A stretch of 60,569 bases of DNA, the filler included. It is 4 parts of 4 records of this genome, joined end to end, with 100 filler letters (N's around TTAATTAATTAA, not from the genome) between each part and the next. Parts side by side here need not be neighbours in the genome. Positions count along the whole stretch, not along the records: positions 51,249 to 60,569 come from DRR723986_4762; 3 more parts are not named here. One strand, 5' to 3'. The notes beneath the pieces are model-generated. The model did not search any database and was not told where the DNA came from. It saw only the letters and a list, made by a program, of their open reading frames with translations. Of the stretch, positions 57,005 to 60,569 are shown piece by piece (position 1 is the stretch's first letter; every line of letters begins with the position of its first letter). Made by a program: the position numbers and the translations under genes.

Positions 57005-58051
57005 TCAGGGCAGCCAGCCACCGTGCAGCAGGTGGGCCGGGTCCAGCGGCAGCGTCACCGGCTGGCCCGACCGCGCCGAGGCATAGACGGCGGTCACGAA
57101 CTCGATCGAGCGGCGCCCGTCCTCTGCCGTGACCTCTGTACCGGGCCTGCCCATCAGCGCCTCGGACACGGCGGTGAAGAACCCCGTGAAGCCCGTCGGC
57201 GCCTCTGCGACCCCGGCAAGGACCGCGTCCACCTCGGCCTGCGTCACCGGCGCGCGGGCGGTGAAGGTCCACGGGCTTGCGGCTGGGGCATAGGGCGCAA
57301 GGCCGCTTTCGGCGGTGAAGCCCCGGAACATGAGCCGCAGGCGTGTGCTGTCGGTCGCCGCGCCCAGCGTGACCGAGGAGGTCAGCACCGCACCGTTTTC
57401 CATGCGGATCGCCAAAGCCGCGCAATCCTCGACCTCGATCTCGTTCACGCGGGTGGCCAGTTCCGCATGGACCCGCGCGACGGGGCCAAGGAAGGCTGGC
57501 AGGAAATCGTGGATGTGGATGGCGTGGCCAAGGATGCAGCCGCCCCGCTCTCCAGCCCATGTGCCGCGCCAGTCGACCGCGTAATAGGCGGCATCGCGGT
57601 TCCAGTGCGTTTCGATGGTCCCCGCGTAAAGCGGCCCGGCAAGCCCGGCCTCGATCAGGGCGCGAAGCTGCGCGGTGCCCGGGCCGTAGCGGTACTGGAA
57701 CACCGGGAACAACCGCCCCCCGCCCTGCGCGAGCCGGTCCAGCAGCGCATCGGCCTCCGCCAGCGACGCTACCAGCGGCTTTTCGCAGACCACCGCCTTG
57801 CCGGCGTTGAGCGCCGCCTTGCAGGCCTCGAAATGCAGGTGCGGGGGCAGGCAGATGTCGATCAGGTCGACGCCCGGGTCGGCCAGCACGGCGGCCATGT
57901 CCCCCGTCACCGCGATGCCCTGCGCGATGCCTTCGGCGCGGGCCGTGTCCCGGTCGCAGATCGCCACGACCTCGAACCGCTCCGGCAGGCTGCGATAGGC
58001 GGCCAGATGTTCGCGCCCGATCCCGGCGCCGACGATGGCGACCCTATGCAT
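57005..58051 (-). CDS. Gfo/Idh/MocA oxidoreductase
   Basis: 'VGAGIG', 'CEKP', 'GGCILGHAIH'. Confidence 0.9.
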   Translation of the reverse strand: MHRVAIVGAGIGREHLAAYRSLPERFEVVAICDRDTARAEGIAQGIAVTGDMAAVLADPGVDLIDICLPPHLHFEACKAALNAGKAVVCEKPLVASLAEADALLDRLAQGGGRLFPVFQYRYGPGTAQLRALIEAGLAGPLYAGTIETHWNRDAAYYAVDWRGTWAGERGGCILGHAIHIHDFLPAFLGPVARVHAELATRVNEIEVEDCAALAIRMENGAVLTSSVTLGAATDSTRLRLMFRGFTAESGLAPYAPAASPWTFTARAPVTQAEVDAVLAGVAEAPTGFTGFFTAVSEALMGRPGTEVTAEDGRRSIEFVTAVYASARSGQPVTLPLDPAHLLHGGWLP

Positions 58052-59048
58052 GGCCCTCGGCCTGCATCTGGGCGCGGATGGCCAAGTCCATCGTCAGGAA
58101 GGTATGCGCCTGCGTGCCCGCCGTCTCTGTCCGGTCCATCACATCCGCCGTCAGCCGCGCAAAGTAGGGCAGCGCCACATCCCGACAGTCGATATGCGCG
58201 TTCTCGGTCCCGTTCACGAGGTAGAGGTTGTCGGTCCGGTGCGCCTGCCCGATCTCGGTGTACTTGCGGCACTCTATGCTGCCCTCGGTCCCGAGGATGA
58301 AGAGCCGCCCGTCTCCCCATGTCGGCAGCCCGTCCGGGGTGAACCAGTCAAGCCGCAGGTAACCATGGCCCCGGTTGCCCACCAGCGTCGCCTCGCCGAA
58401 GTCCTGAAAGCCGGGGTGTTCGGGATGGGTGGTGTTCTCGACCAGCGCATGGGCTACCGTGGCCTCGGTCGAGCCGGTGTAGTGCAGCACCTGGTCGATC
58501 TGGTGAGAGCCGATGTCGCACAGGATGCCGCCGTAGCGGTCGCGCTGGAAATACCAGTCAGGCCGGGTCTTCAGGTTCTGCTTGTGCGGCGCCAGCGTGA
58601 CCACCTGCACCACGCGGCCCACGGCCCCCTCCGCCACCAGCTCCGAGGCCTTGGCCGCCGCGCGTACCTGAAAGCGTTCCGAGAAGTTCACCGACCAGAT
58701 CCGCCCGGTCCGTGCCACGCAGTCGCGGATCGCTTGCAATTGTTCGAGCGTCGTGCAGCCGGGCTTGTCGACCATGACGTCCTTGCCGGCCTCCATCGCC
58801 TCTATCGCCAGCGCGGCGCGGTCCTCCGGCACGGCGGCGATCAGGATCATGTCCACGTCCGAATCCAGCACCGCGCGGCGGTCCGCGACCTTGATCACCC
58901 CGGGGTGGGTCGCGTTGAATTTCTCCTCGGTGACGGCGTGGCCATCTGTCCAGTACTGCGCGCAGGTCGCGCCTTCGGCCAGCATCCCCGCCAGCATCCC
59001 GAAGATATGGCCGTGGTCGATCCCGAGGATGCCCAGTTTCAGTGCCAT
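58044..59048 (-). CDS. Gfo/Idh/MocA oxidoreductase
   Basis: 'HGHIFG', 'VDKP', 'GGILCDIGSH', 'DWFTPDGLPTWGDG'. Confidence 0.9.
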   Translation of the reverse strand: MALKLGILGIDHGHIFGMLAGMLAEGATCAQYWTDGHAVTEEKFNATHPGVIKVADRRAVLDSDVDMILIAAVPEDRAALAIEAMEAGKDVMVDKPGCTTLEQLQAIRDCVARTGRIWSVNFSERFQVRAAAKASELVAEGAVGRVVQVVTLAPHKQNLKTRPDWYFQRDRYGGILCDIGSHQIDQVLHYTGSTEATVAHALVENTTHPEHPGFQDFGEATLVGNRGHGYLRLDWFTPDGLPTWGDGRLFILGTEGSIECRKYTEIGQAHRTDNLYLVNGTENAHIDCRDVALPYFARLTADVMDRTETAGTQAHTFLTMDLAIRAQMQAEGHA

Positions 59049-59051
59049 GGC

Positions 59052-60068
59052 TCAGCCCTCATCCACCGTGACGGTGCGCCCCTCGGCCCCCGCCTGTTCC
59101 AATGCGGCGATCAGGCGATGCACCTCCAGCGCCGCGCGGCCCGGCACCATCGGCGGGCGGCCCTCGGTCAGCGCGGCGGCGAAATCCTCGATCACCCAAC
59201 GGTGCCAGTCGCTGGTAAAGGCCATGGGGTCCGCCCCCGCGCCCGAGGTCACCGCCTGCCCGACCGTCTCGGTCGTGCCGTCATGGCGGTGGATTTCCAG
59301 CATCCCGGCCTTGAGCCGGGCAGAGCCCTTGGCGCAATGCAGGGTGATCGTCTCGCCCCGGCCCGGGTAGCTGGCGGTGGTGGCGAAGAGGCTGCCCAGG
59401 GCGCCACCCGCAAAGCGCAGCCCGGCGGTGACGAAATCCTCGGACTCCATGGCGTGCTGCCCGGTGGTCGCGGTCATGGCATTGACCTCTGCCACCGGCC
59501 CGGTGAGCGAAAGCATCAGGTCCATCGTATGGATCGCCTGCGAGATCATGACGCCGCCGCCGTCGCGCTCGTAGGTGCCCCGACCCGGCTCGTCGTAATA
59601 GGTCTGCGGGCGCCACCACGGGATGTTTACCTCGACCATCAGCAGCGGCCCGAGCGCGTCGAGCCGCGCGCGCAGATCGGCCACCACGGGCCGCGCGCGG
59701 TGTTGCAAGACGATGCCCAGCGGCACGCCCTTGTCCTCGCAGAGCGTCACCAGCGCGGTCGCGGCGGCCAGCGTGCGCTCGACCGGCTTTTCCATGAGGA
59801 TCGGCTTGCCCGCCGCGACCAAGGTGCGGACGATGGCCTCCCGCGCGTTGGGCGGTGTGGTCACGATGACGAAATCCACGTCCGAGGCGGCGATCTCCTC
59901 GACGCTGGACGCCTCTTGCGCATCCAGTTCGGGAAAGGAGTCGAGGAAGGCGCGACGGCTGTCGGCAGAGCGGGCGTGGACCAGCGACAGGTCGACGCTT
60001 TTGCTGTTCCGGATGGCATCGGCATAGGTCTTCGAGACCATGCCGAGCCCGATCAGGGCGCATTTCAT
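59052..60068 (-). CDS. Gfo/Idh/MocA oxidoreductase
   Basis: 'IGLGMV', 'MEKP', '[12 protein letters not shown]'. Confidence 0.9.
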   Translation of the reverse strand: MKCALIGLGMVSKTYADAIRNSKSVDLSLVHARSADSRRAFLDSFPELDAQEASSVEEIAASDVDFVIVTTPPNAREAIVRTLVAAGKPILMEKPVERTLAAATALVTLCEDKGVPLGIVLQHRARPVVADLRARLDALGPLLMVEVNIPWWRPQTYYDEPGRGTYERDGGGVMISQAIHTMDLMLSLTGPVAEVNAMTATTGQHAMESEDFVTAGLRFAGGALGSLFATTASYPGRGETITLHCAKGSARLKAGMLEIHRHDGTTETVGQAVTSGAGADPMAFTSDWHRWVIEDFAAALTEGRPPMVPGRAALEVHRLIAALEQAGAEGRTVTVDEG

Positions 60069-60569
60069 GACGTCATCTCCATCGCTGTGTCGTCGGGGCC
60101 GAAGAGGTGCAGGGCCTCCGGCGGGAAGGTTACGCCAAGCGTCTGGCCCCGGGTCAGCGGCACCTGCTGCGCCAACTGCACCGTCAGACGCTCGCCGTTG
60201 GGAAAGGCGCAGTAGATGTAGGTCACGGCGCCCAGCTGCTCGAAGTTCTCGACCGTCACGATCATGTCTCCGGCGCCGTCGAGCGAGACCGCCACCCGTT
60301 CGGGCCGGATGCCGAAGGTCACTGTCGCGGGCTCCGGCAGAGGCGTCACCGGCACCGCCCGCACCAGCCCGCAGTCGAGCGTCAGAGTGGTGCCGTCGAG
60401 CGTGCCCGCAAGGAAGTTCATCTGCGGCGCCCCGATGAAGCCCGCGACGAAGCGGTTGGCCGGGTGGTTGTAGAGGTCGAGCGGCTTGCCCACCTGCTCC
60501 ACCCGCCCGGCCCGCAGGACCACGATGCGGTCGGCCATGGTCATGGCCTCGATCTGGTCGTGGGTGACG
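60065..60569 (-). CDS. Sugar ABC transporter ATPase (MalK-like), 5' truncated
   Basis: '[17 protein letters not shown]', '[12 protein letters not shown]', TOBE 'GIRPE'. Confidence 0.9.
   Translation of the reverse strand, partial: VTHDQIEAMTMADRIVVLRAGRVEQVGKPLDLYNHPANRFVAGFIGAPQMNFLAGTLDGTTLTLDCGLVRAVPVTPLPEPATVTFGIRPERVAVSLDGAGDMIVTVENFEQLGAVTYIYCAFPNGERLTVQLAQQVPLTRGQTLGVTFPPEALHLFGPDDTAMEMTS

Noticed and set aside
1-60569. CRISPR arrays, transposases, integrases, phage genes, rRNA
   Set aside because: None recognised by reading the sequence or the ORF translations.

Overview
This window is not one contiguous locus. It is four contigs joined by artificial 100-bp spacers (44 N + TTAATTAATTAA + 44 N) at 27659-27758, 45849-45948 and 51149-51248. 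All four look alphaproteobacterial (marine Roseibium/roseobacter-like, by inference); contigs 3-4 are visibly GC-richer than contigs 1-2. Contig 1 (1-27658) carries creatinase behind a structured leader, then a ~13 kb Ser/Thr-phosphorylation and partner-switching island. The island comprises an Arg-signature MinD/ParA ATPase with a HAMP-like coiled-coil partner, a Hanks kinase, a fused degenerate TssB-TssC protein, three PP2C phosphatases, STAS + RsbW, and a five-gene SiaABC/slr1658-slr1659-like operon. That operon adds a pseudokinase and a non-phosphorylatable STAS domain fused to a SAM methyltransferase, and is the best candidate for an undescribed system. It is followed by an orphan 7-gene biosynthetic cluster (KAS III/OleA-like, 3-beta-HSD-type reductase, MBL hydrolase, F390-synthetase-like ligase, GNAT-fold protein, Rieske oxygenase, ATP-grasp) and a GntR-DapA-ALDH unit. 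Contig 2 carries DHPS catabolism (hpsN, comDE), SulP, matB, a TIM-barrel-cupin fusion, and rpoE-chrR with back-to-back RpoE promoters driving a furan-fatty-acid-type operon; it ends in a tRNA 3' end. Contig 3 carries ftsEX, plsC, a lipoprotein preceded by a CtrA box, and lpdA. Contig 4 carries urtB-(GNAT)-urtCDE, a globin-coupled chemoreceptor and three tandem Gfo/Idh/MocA oxidoreductases. All family calls come from motif recognition only; no database search was run.
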